Positions 18,374-28,787 of a stretch of 52,285 nucleotides of DNA are shown one piece after another. Position 1 is the first letter of the stretch. Each line of letters starts with the position of its first letter. Made by a program: the position numbers and the translations under genes. The notes beneath the pieces are model-generated. The model was not told the DNA's origin, did no database searches, and was given only the letters and a program-made list of their open reading frames with translations. Source of the DNA: Verrucomicrobiota bacterium (lineage in GTDB: Bacteria > Verrucomicrobiota > Verrucomicrobiia > Limisphaerales > UBA1096); NCBI GenBank assembly GCA_030747605.1, contig JASLKL010000001.1:12500-64784 (forward strand). Reading direction: 5' to 3'.

Positions 18374-19510
18374 ATGAGCGATACGGAAAAATCAGCAGCT
18401 AGCAAAGGCCTTGAAGGGGTTGTTGCCGCAACTACCAAATTGAGTGATGTTCGTGGATTGGATGGCGAACTGATATATTGTGGTTACAATATCAATGAAT
18501 TAGCCGGAAAGGCCACTTATGAGGAAGTAGTTCATTTGCTTCATCGCGGAAAACTTCCCAATTCAGATGAGCTGGCCGCATTGAAAGCTGAACTGGCCGC
18601 AGCCAGAAAACTCCCGAATGGCGTGGTTGAGCTAATAAAGCAGCTACCTAATGATGCTTCGCCAATGAGAGCTATACGTACTGTTGTTTCCGCTCTTGCA
18701 TGCTACGAACCTCCCGAGGCCCAAGATTCACTGGAGGATCAAGCAAAGCGAGCTATCAAGCTCATTGCGCAAGTACCAGTCATCACTGCTTATTTCCATT
18801 TAGCTCGCCAAGGCAAACCATTGCCAGAATCAGATCCAGCCCTAGGTGAAGCAGCTAACTTCCTGTACCTCGTTGATGGTGAAAAACCGAGCGAAGCAAA
18901 GGAAAAGACAATAGACATGTGCTACATTCTGCACGCTGACCATGGAATGAATGCTTCTACATTCTCAGCTCGAGTAACCATAGCTACATTAAGCGGAATG
19001 TACTCTGCCATAACCTCAGCAATAGGAACACTAAAAGGCCCTTTACATGGTGGTGCAAATGAAGGTGTTATCAAAATGCTCCAAGAAATTGGCAGTGTCG
19101 AAAAAGTCGATGAATTCGTTGCAGACTGCCTTAAAAACAAAAAGAAAATCATGGGCATTGGCCACCGAGTATACAAAGTACTCGACCCTAGAGCCCCTCA
19201 TCTCCAAGCCATGGCTAAAAAACTAAGTGGAGAATTAGGGGATACAAAGTGGTTGGATATGAGTGAACGTATTCAAGAAATCATGGTTACTGAGAAAAAC
19301 CTTTATCCAAATGTAGATTTTTACTCCGCCACTGTATACTATTCACTTGGAATCCCAACAGATCTATTTACCCCAATCTTCGCTATTGCAAGAACCTCGG
19401 GATGGACAGCACATGTTTTAGAGCAATTGGCTGACAATCGACTAATCCGCCCTAAAAGCCTCTACGATGGGCCGGACGATTTGAAGTACACACCAGTTGG
19501 TGAACGTTAA
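18374..19510 (+). CDS. gltA: citrate synthase
   Basis: Signatures LHADHGMNAST and GHRVYK; 378 aa. Confidence 0.9.
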   Translation: MSDTEKSAASKGLEGVVAATTKLSDVRGLDGELIYCGYNINELAGKATYEEVVHLLHRGKLPNSDELAALKAELAAARKLPNGVVELIKQLPNDASPMRAIRTVVSALACYEPPEAQDSLEDQAKRAIKLIAQVPVITAYFHLARQGKPLPESDPALGEAANFLYLVDGEKPSEAKEKTIDMCYILHADHGMNASTFSARVTIATLSGMYSAITSAIGTLKGPLHGGANEGVIKMLQEIGSVEKVDEFVADCLKNKKKIMGIGHRVYKVLDPRAPHLQAMAKKLSGELGDTKWLDMSERIQEIMVTEKNLYPNVDFYSATVYYSLGIPTDLFTPIFAIARTSGWTAHVLEQLADNRLIRPKSLYDGPDDLKYTPVGER

Positions 19511-19536
19511 TTCAACTATTAATCGATTGGGCTCAC

Positions 19537-20316
19537 CTAAATCCCGGCGCCTATCCTTGGCCCAATGGTATGACCTGTATCTATGGTAAGAATATGCCCA
19601 GTGACTTTTCGGCATATAATCATTGAAAAAATACCATCTGCTATATCTTCAGGTGAGCTTACCTTATCAAGCAACCCTTCCTGAGCTTTTTTGTTACGAA
19701 CCTCTTCATAGTCTTCACCTAAACCTTTTTTCAACCACTCCCCATCAATAAACCCTGGAGCCACAGCATTGACACGAATCTTCGGTCCAAAAGTTCGAGC
19801 CAAAGAAAGAGTTAGATTAATAACACCCGCCTTAGATGAACAGTAGGGTATTGAGCTCCCAACTCCTGTAATCCCGGCTACACTCGCCGTGTTTACAATC
19901 ACTCCGATTTCGCTGGACTCAAGAACTTGCCGCGCTGCTCTAGCACATTGAAAAGGACCTTTTAAATTCACACCCATAATATGATCCCAATCTTCATCCT
20001 GCACATCATCTAGATCTTGAAAATTGATAAAGCGTGTCGTACCAGCGTTATTGACCAGAATATCTAACTTACCAAACGATTCTACCGTCTCTGAAATAAT
20101 TTTTCTGCAATCTTGATCTGAAGCAACATCACCCTTGGCCACCAAAGCCTTTACCCCAAACGTTTTGCATTCTTCTGCCACATTATTCGCAAGATCCAAG
20201 GTTCGATTACAGTTAATTGCCACATTACAACCATGCTGGGCTAATTTAATCGCAGTTGCTGCACCAACTCCCCTACTACCTCCAGTTATAAGCGCTACTC
20301 TTCCATTCAAGTCCAT
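19537..20316 (-). CDS. SDR family oxidoreductase
   Basis: TGGSRGVG, NNAG and YCSSK (YxxxK) motifs. The start is taken at MDLNGRVALITGG (20316) rather than the track start at 20331. Confidence 0.8.
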   Translation of the reverse strand: MDLNGRVALITGGSRGVGAATAIKLAQHGCNVAINCNRTLDLANNVAEECKTFGVKALVAKGDVASDQDCRKIISETVESFGKLDILVNNAGTTRFINFQDLDDVQDEDWDHIMGVNLKGPFQCARAARQVLESSEIGVIVNTASVAGITGVGSSIPYCSSKAGVINLTLSLARTFGPKIRVNAVAPGFIDGEWLKKGLGEDYEEVRNKKAQEGLLDKVSSPEDIADGIFSMIICRKVTGHILTIDTGHTIGPRIGAGI

Positions 20317-20413
20317 GCCCCAAATCATCACTGACTACGAAGCTAGTGCCAATCTATTTGACCAAGCACTTGTCTTGCTCTGTTCTTTCGAGACTATTAC
20401 TTTTCTCTAAGTC

Positions 20414-23107
20414 ATGCTCCAGTCGATTAATTTTATTAAGTCTGCCTTTTACTCAATATTGTTTGCAGTTGGGCAACTTGTAATTATTCATAGTTGGGCA
20501 GAAGATGAGCCTTCTTTCGGCTTGATTGATCGGGGAACATGGACGAACACAAGACTAATAGGCACTCCCGATCCCCCTCCTCCATTTAAAGCTATACCAG
20601 TTTATACTAATCAAGTATGGCGCTCCCCTATGTTTCTCGCTGCTGAGCCGCAAACAAAAAGACTTCTAGCCCTTCTACACCATGGCCAAGGAAAACCAAC
20701 ACAACTAGTCGCTTTTGAAGATAATCCAAAAGTAGAAAAACGCGAAACACTACTAGAGCTACCAGGCCGCAATGTATACTCATTTTGTTTTGATCCCAAA
20801 TATGCCGAAAATGGTTTTATTTATCTCTTTAGTAATCTGAACTTAGAAGCATTCGAAGGCAAAAAGGCCAATAGAATTTCTCGAGTCATACTATCAAAAA
20901 GTTCACCAACTATTGATCTAGCCTCGGAACACACTATCATCGAATGGCGTTCCGGCGGACACGACGGAGGAGGGATTGACTTCGGACTAGATGGAATGCT
21001 TTATATTTCAACAGGTGACGGCACTAGCGACTCTGACAATTGGCTCTCCGGTCAAACTTTGGATGATTTACTAGGCGGAGTTTTACGGATTGATGTTCGT
21101 GAGACTAGCACTGAAAACCCTTACAAGATTCCCAAAGACAACCCCTTCGTTAATCTTCCCAATGCGAGAGCCGAACTATTCGCTTATGGACTAAGAAATC
21201 CTTGGAGGCTAGCAGTGGACAAACTTACCGGGCATATTTGGGTCGGGAATAATGGTCAGGATCTTTGGGAATCTGTTCATATGGTAAATTCCGGAGATAA
21301 TTATGGCTGGAGCGTTTACGAAGGAAGTCATCCTTTTTACGAAAACCGCACAATGGGGCCACATCCACTGACGCAACCAACGGCTGAACACCCTCACTCC
21401 GAAGCCCGATCAATAACTGGCGGCATCGTATATTACGGACTTAAATGGAAGAATCTTCGTGGCCATTATATTTACGGTGACTACGGAACTGGCAAGATTT
21501 GGGGCATCAAACATAATGGAAAAAAACGTTTGGCATTTCAGGAACTAGCGGACACTCCACTAGCCATTACGGGCTTCGCTACAACTCACTCAGGAGAGTT
21601 ATTGATCGTAGATCACTCAAGCGGATTTTATCGACTTGAAACTCAGCCAAGAGTCCGGCTATCCGCGCCATTTCCGAGACACTTAAGTGAGACCGGCATA
21701 TTTGCAAATACGCAAAACCATGCAATGGAACCGGGAGTCATTGAGTATTCTGTAATCGCCTCCGGTTGGAACGATACAGCTACTGCGAAACGATGGATGG
21801 CTGTACCAGGCAAACAAACTGTAGGTCTTAACCACAATGGCGCATGGTCGTTTCCTAACGGAACAGCACTGGTTCAAACATTGGAAGTCCAACGTGAAGA
21901 CACACTTGGCTTGGCTAAACCATTTCGTATAGAGACTCGAATTTTACTCCGACAACAAAACGAATGGGCCGGCTATTCATATAAGTGGAACGAAGAACAA
22001 ACTGATGCAGAATTGGTCTCAAAAGAAGGAGCTAAGTCCACTTTCCGCATTGCCGATAATAAATCACCGGATGGTTTCCGACTACATGATTGGAATTTTC
22101 CAAGCCGAGCTGATTGCATGACATGTCATAGCAGGGCTCGCGGATTCTTACTAGGACTGACTACTCGAAATACTGACCGAACACACAATTTTTCAGGTAA
22201 AAAAGATAATCAATTGCGTACTTTCTCTCACATCGGATTATTCGACAAACCATACGTTAAACAAAAAAACAAAAAACAATCTCTAGTCAACCCTTATGAC
22301 CCGAATGAAACACTTTCCAGACGTGCACGTTCTTATTTACATATCAATTGTTCGAGCTGCCATGTCCATTCCGGTGGCGGTAATTCCAAAATTCAAATCG
22401 GAATAGAAACATCTGATGACAAGATGAACTTGATAGGAGCGCGACCACAGCACAACACCTTCGGCATTAGCAATGCAATGCTAGTTTCACCTGGCTCACC
22501 AGAACAATCCGTATTAATCAGAAGGCTTAGCCACCGAGGAAGAGGTCAAATGCCACCTCTTGTTAGCAGTACCGTCGATAAAGCAGCTGTATCACTCTTT
22601 AAGGATTGGATAAGCGAAATGAAGTCAGAAATAGTTTTCATTAAAAACTGGAAACTGAACGACTTCGAAACTGAAATTGAAACCACTCTTAAGACAACTA
22701 ATTTGGATAATGGAAAGCTAGCATATAATAAGGCCGGCTGCTCACAGTGCCATCGCCTTAATGGAACAGGAGGAAGTGTCGGCCCAGATTTAAGTCAATT
22801 AACCAAAAGAATGAACCCATCCAAAGTTCTCGAGTCGATTATAGAGCCATCACGCACCATCTCCGAAGCATACATAATGCAGCAGTTTAAAATGAGTGAT
22901 GGCAAAATTCACATTGGCCAAGTTCAGAAAGAAACTGACACTGTAATAACACTTCAGAGTTTATCTGCCACCGGAGCACCAGTACCCTTAGCTAAGGCAC
23001 TAATAGATAGCCGGAAAAAACTTAATATCTCCAACATGCCTCCAGGAACGGTCAATACTTTAGAGAAACAAGAGATTCTAGACCTTGTAAGCTATCTAAA
23101 CCAATAG
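20414..23107 (+). CDS. exported sorbosone/glucose-dehydrogenase-like beta-propeller fused to three c-type haem sites
   Basis: 897 aa with a signal peptide and a propeller region (GLRNPWRLAVD, GDNYGWSVYEG). It has three CxxCH motifs: CMTCH, CSSCH and a C-terminal CSQCHRLNGTGGSVGPDL. The last resembles the Pirellula/Verrucomicrobium-type haem-binding domain. Confidence 0.7.
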   Translation: MLQSINFIKSAFYSILFAVGQLVIIHSWAEDEPSFGLIDRGTWTNTRLIGTPDPPPPFKAIPVYTNQVWRSPMFLAAEPQTKRLLALLHHGQGKPTQLVAFEDNPKVEKRETLLELPGRNVYSFCFDPKYAENGFIYLFSNLNLEAFEGKKANRISRVILSKSSPTIDLASEHTIIEWRSGGHDGGGIDFGLDGMLYISTGDGTSDSDNWLSGQTLDDLLGGVLRIDVRETSTENPYKIPKDNPFVNLPNARAELFAYGLRNPWRLAVDKLTGHIWVGNNGQDLWESVHMVNSGDNYGWSVYEGSHPFYENRTMGPHPLTQPTAEHPHSEARSITGGIVYYGLKWKNLRGHYIYGDYGTGKIWGIKHNGKKRLAFQELADTPLAITGFATTHSGELLIVDHSSGFYRLETQPRVRLSAPFPRHLSETGIFANTQNHAMEPGVIEYSVIASGWNDTATAKRWMAVPGKQTVGLNHNGAWSFPNGTALVQTLEVQREDTLGLAKPFRIETRILLRQQNEWAGYSYKWNEEQTDAELVSKEGAKSTFRIADNKSPDGFRLHDWNFPSRADCMTCHSRARGFLLGLTTRNTDRTHNFSGKKDNQLRTFSHIGLFDKPYVKQKNKKQSLVNPYDPNETLSRRARSYLHINCSSCHVHSGGGNSKIQIGIETSDDKMNLIGARPQHNTFGISNAMLVSPGSPEQSVLIRRLSHRGRGQMPPLVSSTVDKAAVSLFKDWISEMKSEIVFIKNWKLNDFETEIETTLKTTNLDNGKLAYNKAGCSQCHRLNGTGGSVGPDLSQLTKRMNPSKVLESIIEPSRTISEAYIMQQFKMSDGKIHIGQVQKETDTVITLQSLSATGAPVPLAKALIDSRKKLNISNMPPGTVNTLEKQEILDLVSYLNQ

Positions 23108-23596
23108 TAATTGGTCCAATCTCAAAACTCCTTCTGAAGGGAGAATTTTAAGCAAGCCAGAGACGGACTTCTCTTGTCCAGGCAGAATAAAATCAGGAGC
23201 AATCTCCTCAAGTGGAGAAAGCACAAACTGCCGCTCAAATGCACGGGGATGCGGCAGAATCAATGACTCAGTATTACGACGCTCCATTCCGAAAGTAATT
23301 AAATCCAAGTCGATCTTTCGTGGCTCGTTAACCAAACCAGAACGTTCTCTACCAAGCTGTAATTCCAACTCCAACAATTGATCCAACAAAGACTCCGGTG
23401 TTATTCCCTGCTTTGGATTCAAACCAATCACAGCGTTAATGAATAAAGGAGAATCAGGCTGACAATCCAATGGCTCAGTCTCCCAGAGTGACGATCCAAC
23501 CACTTTATCAACCGACCAATCGGAAATTTTAGCCGCAGCCAAACGAAGTGTTACTACGGATTCTCCCAAGTTCGATCCTAAGGCCACATAAACCAT
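23096..23596 (-). CDS. folK: 2-amino-4-hydroxy-6-hydroxymethyldihydropteridine diphosphokinase
   Basis: From the Met at 23596: MVYVALGSNLG..., WETEP and RKIDLDLI, which are typical HPPK motifs. The track start at 23665 adds 23 implausible codons. Confidence 0.85.
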   Translation of the reverse strand: MVYVALGSNLGESVVTLRLAAAKISDWSVDKVVGSSLWETEPLDCQPDSPLFINAVIGLNPKQGITPESLLDQLLELELQLGRERSGLVNEPRKIDLDLITFGMERRNTESLILPHPRAFERQFVLSPLEEIAPDFILPGQEKSVSGLLKILPSEGVLRLDQLLLV

Positions 23597-23697
23597 TTTA
23601 TGCTCTACACCCATGAACTTTCTTTGCCCTGCTTGCCTTTCAAAAGCAACTTGAATCCGATACAAACGTTGACACAGGCCACATTCACAATAGCGTA

Positions 23698-24345
23698 TTG
23701 CCAGTGAGCGTACGTATCAAAATTTGTGGAATCACCTCCATAGTGGATGCCACAGCCGCTATTGAGGCTGGAGCCGACGCACTTGGGTTTATGTTTTATG
23801 AGCAAAGCTCTCGTTTTCTTACTGCAGAAAAGGCGAAAGCAATTATTCGTGAATTACCCGCTCATGTGACCAAAGTAGGAGTGTTTGTGGATGAAGATGT
23901 CGACACAGTTAATCAAACAGCTGAAACAGCTGGGCTAGATACATTACAGTTTCATGGAAGCGAACCTCCGGACTTCTGTTCAAAATTTCAACAAAACACC
24001 ATCAAGGCATTTCGAGTGAAAAACAACAAATCACTTGGACAATTACATGACTATAACACCAACGCTTGGTTACTGGACAGCTATGTTAAAGGAATCCTAG
24101 GCGGCACCGGAGAAAAATTTAATTGGAACTTAGCTGTAGAAGCTAAACGTTTAGGTAAGCCAATTATACTCGCCGGCGGATTAACACCGGACAATGTAAG
24201 AGATGCAATTAATCAAGTTGAACCATTCGGTTTAGATGTATCCAGTGGTGTTGAGTCCTCTCCAGGTATTAAGGAAGCATCAAAAATAACCAAGCTCATT
24301 AAAAACGCAAAAGGCTCATCTATTGTGAAAGGGCTTTGGAGCTGA
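23698..24345 (+). CDS. trpF: phosphoribosylanthranilate isomerase
   Basis: N-terminus RIKICGIT, LQFHG and ILAGGL motifs. TTG start at 23698; an alternative GTG lies at 23704. Confidence 0.85.
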   Translation: MPVSVRIKICGITSIVDATAAIEAGADALGFMFYEQSSRFLTAEKAKAIIRELPAHVTKVGVFVDEDVDTVNQTAETAGLDTLQFHGSEPPDFCSKFQQNTIKAFRVKNNKSLGQLHDYNTNAWLLDSYVKGILGGTGEKFNWNLAVEAKRLGKPIILAGGLTPDNVRDAINQVEPFGLDVSSGVESSPGIKEASKITKLIKNAKGSSIVKGLWS

Positions 24346-24363
24346 ATAATAAGCCATTCGGGC

Positions 24364-25116
24364 TTAACTATGCGTCCACCCTCGGTCTACAAGAATCTCC
24401 TGTCCAGTCACGGCACGGCTTACATCACTAGCAAGAAACAAGGCTACCTCTGCAACTTCCTCAGGTTGGTTTAAATCGGGAATACACTGTATCTTCTTTA
24501 GCTCTTTCTTAATAGACGGAGAAACATATTCTTTGAGCTGTCGATCAGTCATAATCCAACCCGGTGAAATAGTATTCACTCGGATACGTCGCGGACCGAG
24601 TTCACGAGCCAATGAACGAGTCAGACCGATTGCCGCCGACTTGGTTGCTACATAGGCAGACATCTCTTCCGGGCCATTGTGGAAAGTGATCGACGAAAAA
24701 TTAATTATAGAGGCTCCCTTAGCCAAGTGCGGCGAGGCTTCACGGCAGGTCAAAAAATAAGCACGCAAATTGCCAGCAAAAAGATCGTCCCACGCTTTGA
24801 CTTTTATATTTTCAAGCTTACTACGAGGGTCTCTTGCAGCATTATTAACAAGAACATGAATGTTGCCGTGCTGCTTAGCCTCTTTAGCGACCCAGTGTTT
24901 AACATCCATCTCACGCGTAAGGTCGACCTTGGTAAAACTAATACGCCTACCCAAACGTTTAACCAAACGTTTACCTCCAGTCTGGTCTAAATCACAAAAG
25001 GATACGATTGCCCCCTGTGCATGAAATGCTTCAACCATCGCTTGGCCAATTCCATTGGCTCCACCGGTAATCAACACCAAACGATTAGCCAAATCTTCGT
25101 AACTCGCCATATCCAA
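24364..25116 (-). CDS. SDR family oxidoreductase (last gene of a five-gene operon)
   Basis: TGGANGIG, NNAA and YVATK (YxxxK) motifs, with no signal peptide. The start abuts the stop of the upstream gene (0-nt spacer). Confidence 0.8.
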   Translation of the reverse strand: MDMASYEDLANRLVLITGGANGIGQAMVEAFHAQGAIVSFCDLDQTGGKRLVKRLGRRISFTKVDLTREMDVKHWVAKEAKQHGNIHVLVNNAARDPRSKLENIKVKAWDDLFAGNLRAYFLTCREASPHLAKGASIINFSSITFHNGPEEMSAYVATKSAAIGLTRSLARELGPRRIRVNTISPGWIMTDRQLKEYVSPSIKKELKKIQCIPDLNQPEEVAEVALFLASDVSRAVTGQEILVDRGWTHS

Positions 25117-26073
25117 TTAAAGCGCCGGAGCAACTGAGGCTTTCATTTTTTCAATACCAATCCTAGCCGCCTCAAGCGGAGGCATCGCCCAATATTTCTT
25201 ATTAAATAATTCAAGCGAAAGTACCGGGGTGGCCCCAACCTGCAAGAATCCCTTGACGATATCAGTAATTGGCGCAACCCCATCACCTGGATAAACTCGA
25301 TCACCATCACCTATTTTTTCGCGAGTAGGATTAGCTGGATAGTCGTTCCAATGAAAAACTTGCAAGGCCTGTGGGCCAAGCATTTTAAGAGCATCAAAAT
25401 CCGATCCTCCTTTATAAGTATGATACACATCCCCAAGGAAACAGGCATTAGGATGGCCTGCCTCAAGTGCAATATATATCGCCGTACTTACACGACCAAT
25501 CGACTTATTACCGCCCCACATTTCGATTTGGGGCACAACCCCAATCGCGTCACTCGCATTGAGTAACGTACGATAACGTTCTGCTGCTGCCATCGGCTCC
25601 ACTATGCCACGAGCACCAGCTGGGGGGGCAGCAATGCGCTTGGCTCCAAGTTGAGCAAGTAAATCCATATCTCGCTTCGCATCTTCCATCCCTTGCTGAC
25701 GCTGAGCATCATCATCAACAATCCATCGCGCAAATCCAATTGCGCTCTCAACTGTTAAGCCATGATCATTGATACGCTTGCGTAAATCCTTCAAAGAGCC
25801 ACCATTTTTCTTATAATCGTTTAGCTTACCTAACCAAGGCTCTATACCCGTGTAGCCAGCCCGTGCTGCAATATCAATTTCCTCTGTAATGGGCAAATTC
25901 TGGCCGCGAATCGTACTTGTATTTAAGCAGTACTTAAAAGGATCCCCCTTACCTGCATGGTTTAGTCTTCTAGCACTAGTGGTACCACAACCAGCAAGCA
26001 GTCCCGCGGCCACAAAACCCGAAGTCTTAAAAAGGTCCCGACGATTCAATGAATGGGTATTAGTTTTAGTCAT
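25117..26073 (-). CDS. Tat-exported lipoprotein, xylose-isomerase-like TIM-barrel (sugar phosphate isomerase/epimerase family)
   Basis: Twin-arginine plus lipobox (NRRDLFKTSGFVAAGLLAGC). The body is typical of the AP-endonuclease-2/xylose-isomerase-like barrel family. Confidence 0.7.
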   Translation of the reverse strand: MTKTNTHSLNRRDLFKTSGFVAAGLLAGCGTTSARRLNHAGKGDPFKYCLNTSTIRGQNLPITEEIDIAARAGYTGIEPWLGKLNDYKKNGGSLKDLRKRINDHGLTVESAIGFARWIVDDDAQRQQGMEDAKRDMDLLAQLGAKRIAAPPAGARGIVEPMAAAERYRTLLNASDAIGVVPQIEMWGGNKSIGRVSTAIYIALEAGHPNACFLGDVYHTYKGGSDFDALKMLGPQALQVFHWNDYPANPTREKIGDGDRVYPGDGVAPITDIVKGFLQVGATPVLSLELFNKKYWAMPPLEAARIGIEKMKASVAPAL

Positions 26074-26088
26074 ATTTGTTTATAGAAA

Positions 26089-27633
26089 TCAATTTCTCAC
26101 CAGATGCGGAGCCTTATCATCACCATTAGGCATCCTATTTAGTGTGTAGCAAACTAATGGATTAACTAAAGCACTGTTATCCTCAGCTATTAATTTTTTA
26201 ATATCAAGCTGGTACACGAAGCCGGGATTTACTTTATCAAGATAAACCATCACCGTTTTACCATCATTAAGACGTTTAGATCCAATGACCTTAACTTTTT
26301 CAATCCCATATTGTGGCGATCCGTAAGCTTGACGATACTCATAATAGTAGCGTTTAAACTGAAATTGTTCTGCCACTGAAGTAGCTTTTTTCAAGCTTTT
26401 AGTAAACGTAATCTTAAAACCATTTGGCAATAATTTCATTGAATGAATCTCAAATGGAATTTTGCCGTTCCAGCGAATACGCTGCAACCCTTGACCGCCA
26501 ACCCAAGAAAGGTGTGTCTGACCGATCCACAAACTGCCATCATCACCAAAGACAAATCGATGGCTCCCCTTGCTTAACCCAGCCTTATCATAAAATGGCA
26601 CACAAGCACCTTGAATCTCACCAGCAACCTTATCCAAAATTACACGGACAATTCGTGACCGATTCATCTCTCCAACAAGCAGTTGACCACTAAAAGGACC
26701 AAACTTGCCTTTAGTGGAATCTGTTATTGGTTGAGTTGGGCTATTTGCCATCAATCCTTGAGGAAATAAAACAGCTGCCCGAGTGCGCTTAGCATCGAGT
26801 TCCTTGACTGAAACCTTTAAAGGATTTTGACCTGACTGCCAATCATCAGCCCAAGTAAGACTTGCTGGATGACCATAGAAACGACCATTTTGCACATGAA
26901 AGAGCTTACTCGTCCCAAGCCAGTCCCCCTGATTATCTGTTACAAAAAGTTGATCTTTTAAATCAAACCCTAATCCATTCGGCGATCGAAATCCCGGTGC
27001 GAAAGGTGTCATTTCCCCTTCCTTTGAAATCTTTAACACCCACCCACGATAGGGTGTAGCAGCATACATACGACCTGATGAGCTCTTATAACTTTTAGAC
27101 TTAAAATTTTCGCGACTAAGACCATAGTGCCGAAACTCTCCTCGTAATTCAGGTCGAATACTTGCTCCATTCGACGCTAAATTCATACCTATGTAAAAAT
27201 CCCCTCTGGAATCTTTCGCCGGACCAAAAGCAAACTCATGATAGTTTCCAGTCATTCCAAAATCATCAAAAACAGCTTGGTAATGATCCGCCTCACCATC
27301 ACCGTTCAAGTCGGCAATTTTTGTTAATTCTGGACGCTGCATAACAACCACCTCTCGATCACTGATAGCACAGATACCCAATGGCTCATGCAAACCGTCT
27401 GCAAATAGCTTCCATTCATTATTTTTTGGATGATATGTGTAAACTTCACCCCGATGAAAACAAGCAACCAGCCGACCATTGGGCATAAAATCCAAACCAC
27501 CCACCTGGGAGTCCAACCCCTTTGGCATAGCAATATTATCAAGAGAATAATAGTCACCAATACCTGCTGAACGTAGCACAACAACCGAAACAAGACTTAC
27601 TATACTCGCTAAAAAATATTTTGTATTTTTCAT
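26089..27633 (-). CDS. exported beta-propeller protein, soluble glucose/sorbosone-dehydrogenase-like
   Basis: Signal peptide MKNTKYFLASIVSLVSVVVLRSAG. Blade-like repeats include DLNGDGEADHY and NQGDW contexts. The C-terminal Ig-like part is IPFEIHSMKLLPNGFKITF. No CxxCH motif. Confidence 0.5.
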   Translation of the reverse strand: MKNTKYFLASIVSLVSVVVLRSAGIGDYYSLDNIAMPKGLDSQVGGLDFMPNGRLVACFHRGEVYTYHPKNNEWKLFADGLHEPLGICAISDREVVVMQRPELTKIADLNGDGEADHYQAVFDDFGMTGNYHEFAFGPAKDSRGDFYIGMNLASNGASIRPELRGEFRHYGLSRENFKSKSYKSSSGRMYAATPYRGWVLKISKEGEMTPFAPGFRSPNGLGFDLKDQLFVTDNQGDWLGTSKLFHVQNGRFYGHPASLTWADDWQSGQNPLKVSVKELDAKRTRAAVLFPQGLMANSPTQPITDSTKGKFGPFSGQLLVGEMNRSRIVRVILDKVAGEIQGACVPFYDKAGLSKGSHRFVFGDDGSLWIGQTHLSWVGGQGLQRIRWNGKIPFEIHSMKLLPNGFKITFTKSLKKATSVAEQFQFKRYYYEYRQAYGSPQYGIEKVKVIGSKRLNDGKTVMVYLDKVNPGFVYQLDIKKLIAEDNSALVNPLVCYTLNRMPNGDDKAPHLVRN

Positions 27634-27639
27634 GACAAC

Positions 27640-28785
27640 TTACTGCTTCAAACCAATAGATACTGTAAATTCCGCAGCCTCCGCTGCATTCAAAATTAGC
27701 ATACCCTCCTTAAGTTTACCTGCGCTATGCTTAAATATAACCTGACTTACCGAACCAACAGGTAATGAAACCAATTGTTTGTTATTTGGAATACGAAATG
27801 AACGCTGAATTCCAATCACAGAATGCAAAGGTGTAATTAGTTCATAAACATCTACATTATTAACACGATAATGGAATTCTGGTTGACCATCGATTTTTTT
27901 GTATCCTAAAAAATTCGCTATGGAATCTTTATCGCCAATCTGAACAGCCCCCGCTGAACCTGCTTCCCAATACTTAGTACCGAGCACCTTTGCCAAACCA
28001 TTGCCATTCCCACGCCAGACCGGCCAAGGATCAACAAAAGCTCCGTACCATACATATCGAAGCCTGCATTGAGCTGCATCCCAGCAATAATTCTGTCCGT
28101 GCCTAAGCGCAACCGCAACAGCTGCTGGTGAAGCATTCGGCATAAATATCCTATACATCAACGGCCGCTTATCCCCCCAAGCATGCAACTGCTTTTGTGT
28201 CAGATTCCCTCGTCTCGCCAGCTCTGGCAAATTCATATCCTTTGCCAAATCTGGGAGAGGCATGCCCACATACATCGCCCCATACATCAGTAGCCCGTGT
28301 CCTGGAAATGTACAAACATAAGGATAAACACCGGACGCTTCTGGTGCTTTAAATTTCAACAAATGACTAGAGCCTGGCTTTAGTACCGGGGTGAAAAATA
28401 AAACCGAATCCAGATCTGGAACCCAGTTTTTCGCATCCCCTTCTACCCCAAGTCTTAATGCCGCATTTGCCACCTTCAATCGTTGACCCGGTTTAGTGAT
28501 CACTAAATTATGAGCCATATCATCTTCGTTAACCAAATTGATCTCTACAAATGCATTTGGTTTAGTTTCGAAACGAAAAATATCATATTGCAATCCAGAA
28601 CGAGCCTTGATTGTCAATCGAAGTGGCTCTGCCTGAACAGGCGCAAAAGTGAACGTGAGAATCAACAAGACTACAGCAGTATAATAACGATTTAATAAAA
28701 ATTTGTTCAAAATAGAAAGCTTACCGGAGGCACCAAAAGATAACCTAGCCTCAGCTGTTGTCGATTCCGTTTCACATCTTACCAA
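27640..28785 (-). CDS. exported type-1 (blue) copper cupredoxin-domain protein with a C-terminal domain of unknown function
   Basis: Copper ligand set: His in MAHNLVI plus CTFPGHGLLM (Cys-x4-His-x3-Met; verified by residue count). A signal-like segment, YYTAVVLLILTFTFAPVQA, suggests a possible TTG start at 28710. The C-terminal ~200 aa is not recognised. Confidence 0.65.
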   Translation of the reverse strand: MVRCETESTTAEARLSFGASGKLSILNKFLLNRYYTAVVLLILTFTFAPVQAEPLRLTIKARSGLQYDIFRFETKPNAFVEINLVNEDDMAHNLVITKPGQRLKVANAALRLGVEGDAKNWVPDLDSVLFFTPVLKPGSSHLLKFKAPEASGVYPYVCTFPGHGLLMYGAMYVGMPLPDLAKDMNLPELARRGNLTQKQLHAWGDKRPLMYRIFMPNASPAAVAVALRHGQNYCWDAAQCRLRYVWYGAFVDPWPVWRGNGNGLAKVLGTKYWEAGSAGAVQIGDKDSIANFLGYKKIDGQPEFHYRVNNVDVYELITPLHSVIGIQRSFRIPNNKQLVSLPVGSVSQVIFKHSAGKLKEGMLILNAAEAAEFTVSIGLKQ

Positions 28786-28787
28786 TT

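Noticed and set aside
23669-23697. A consensus TTGACA (23669-74) lies 16-17 nt upstream of a weak TAGCGT hexamer, directly abutting the trpF start codon. This hints at a leaderless transcript.
   Set aside because: The -10 element matches only 3 of 6 positions. Promoter consensus for this lineage is unknown to me. A single hexamer match in a 100-nt spacer is not enough to call a promoter.
24350-24366. A small hairpin, TAAGCC-ATTCG-GGCTTA, between the convergent trpF and SDR genes, considered as a bidirectional terminator.
   Set aside because: The stem is only 6 bp with no flanking T/A runs, and it overlaps the SDR stop codon. It is too weak to call.
27631-27642. The cupredoxin gene and the propeller gene are in the same reading frame, separated only by TAA plus two codons. 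This could hint at stop-codon readthrough or a split fusion protein, since related PVC proteins combine these domains.
   Set aside because: The downstream ORF starts with its own ATG and a full signal peptide (MKNTKYFLASIVSLVSVVVLRSAG), which makes no sense in the middle of a protein. Being in frame has a one-in-three chance anyway.
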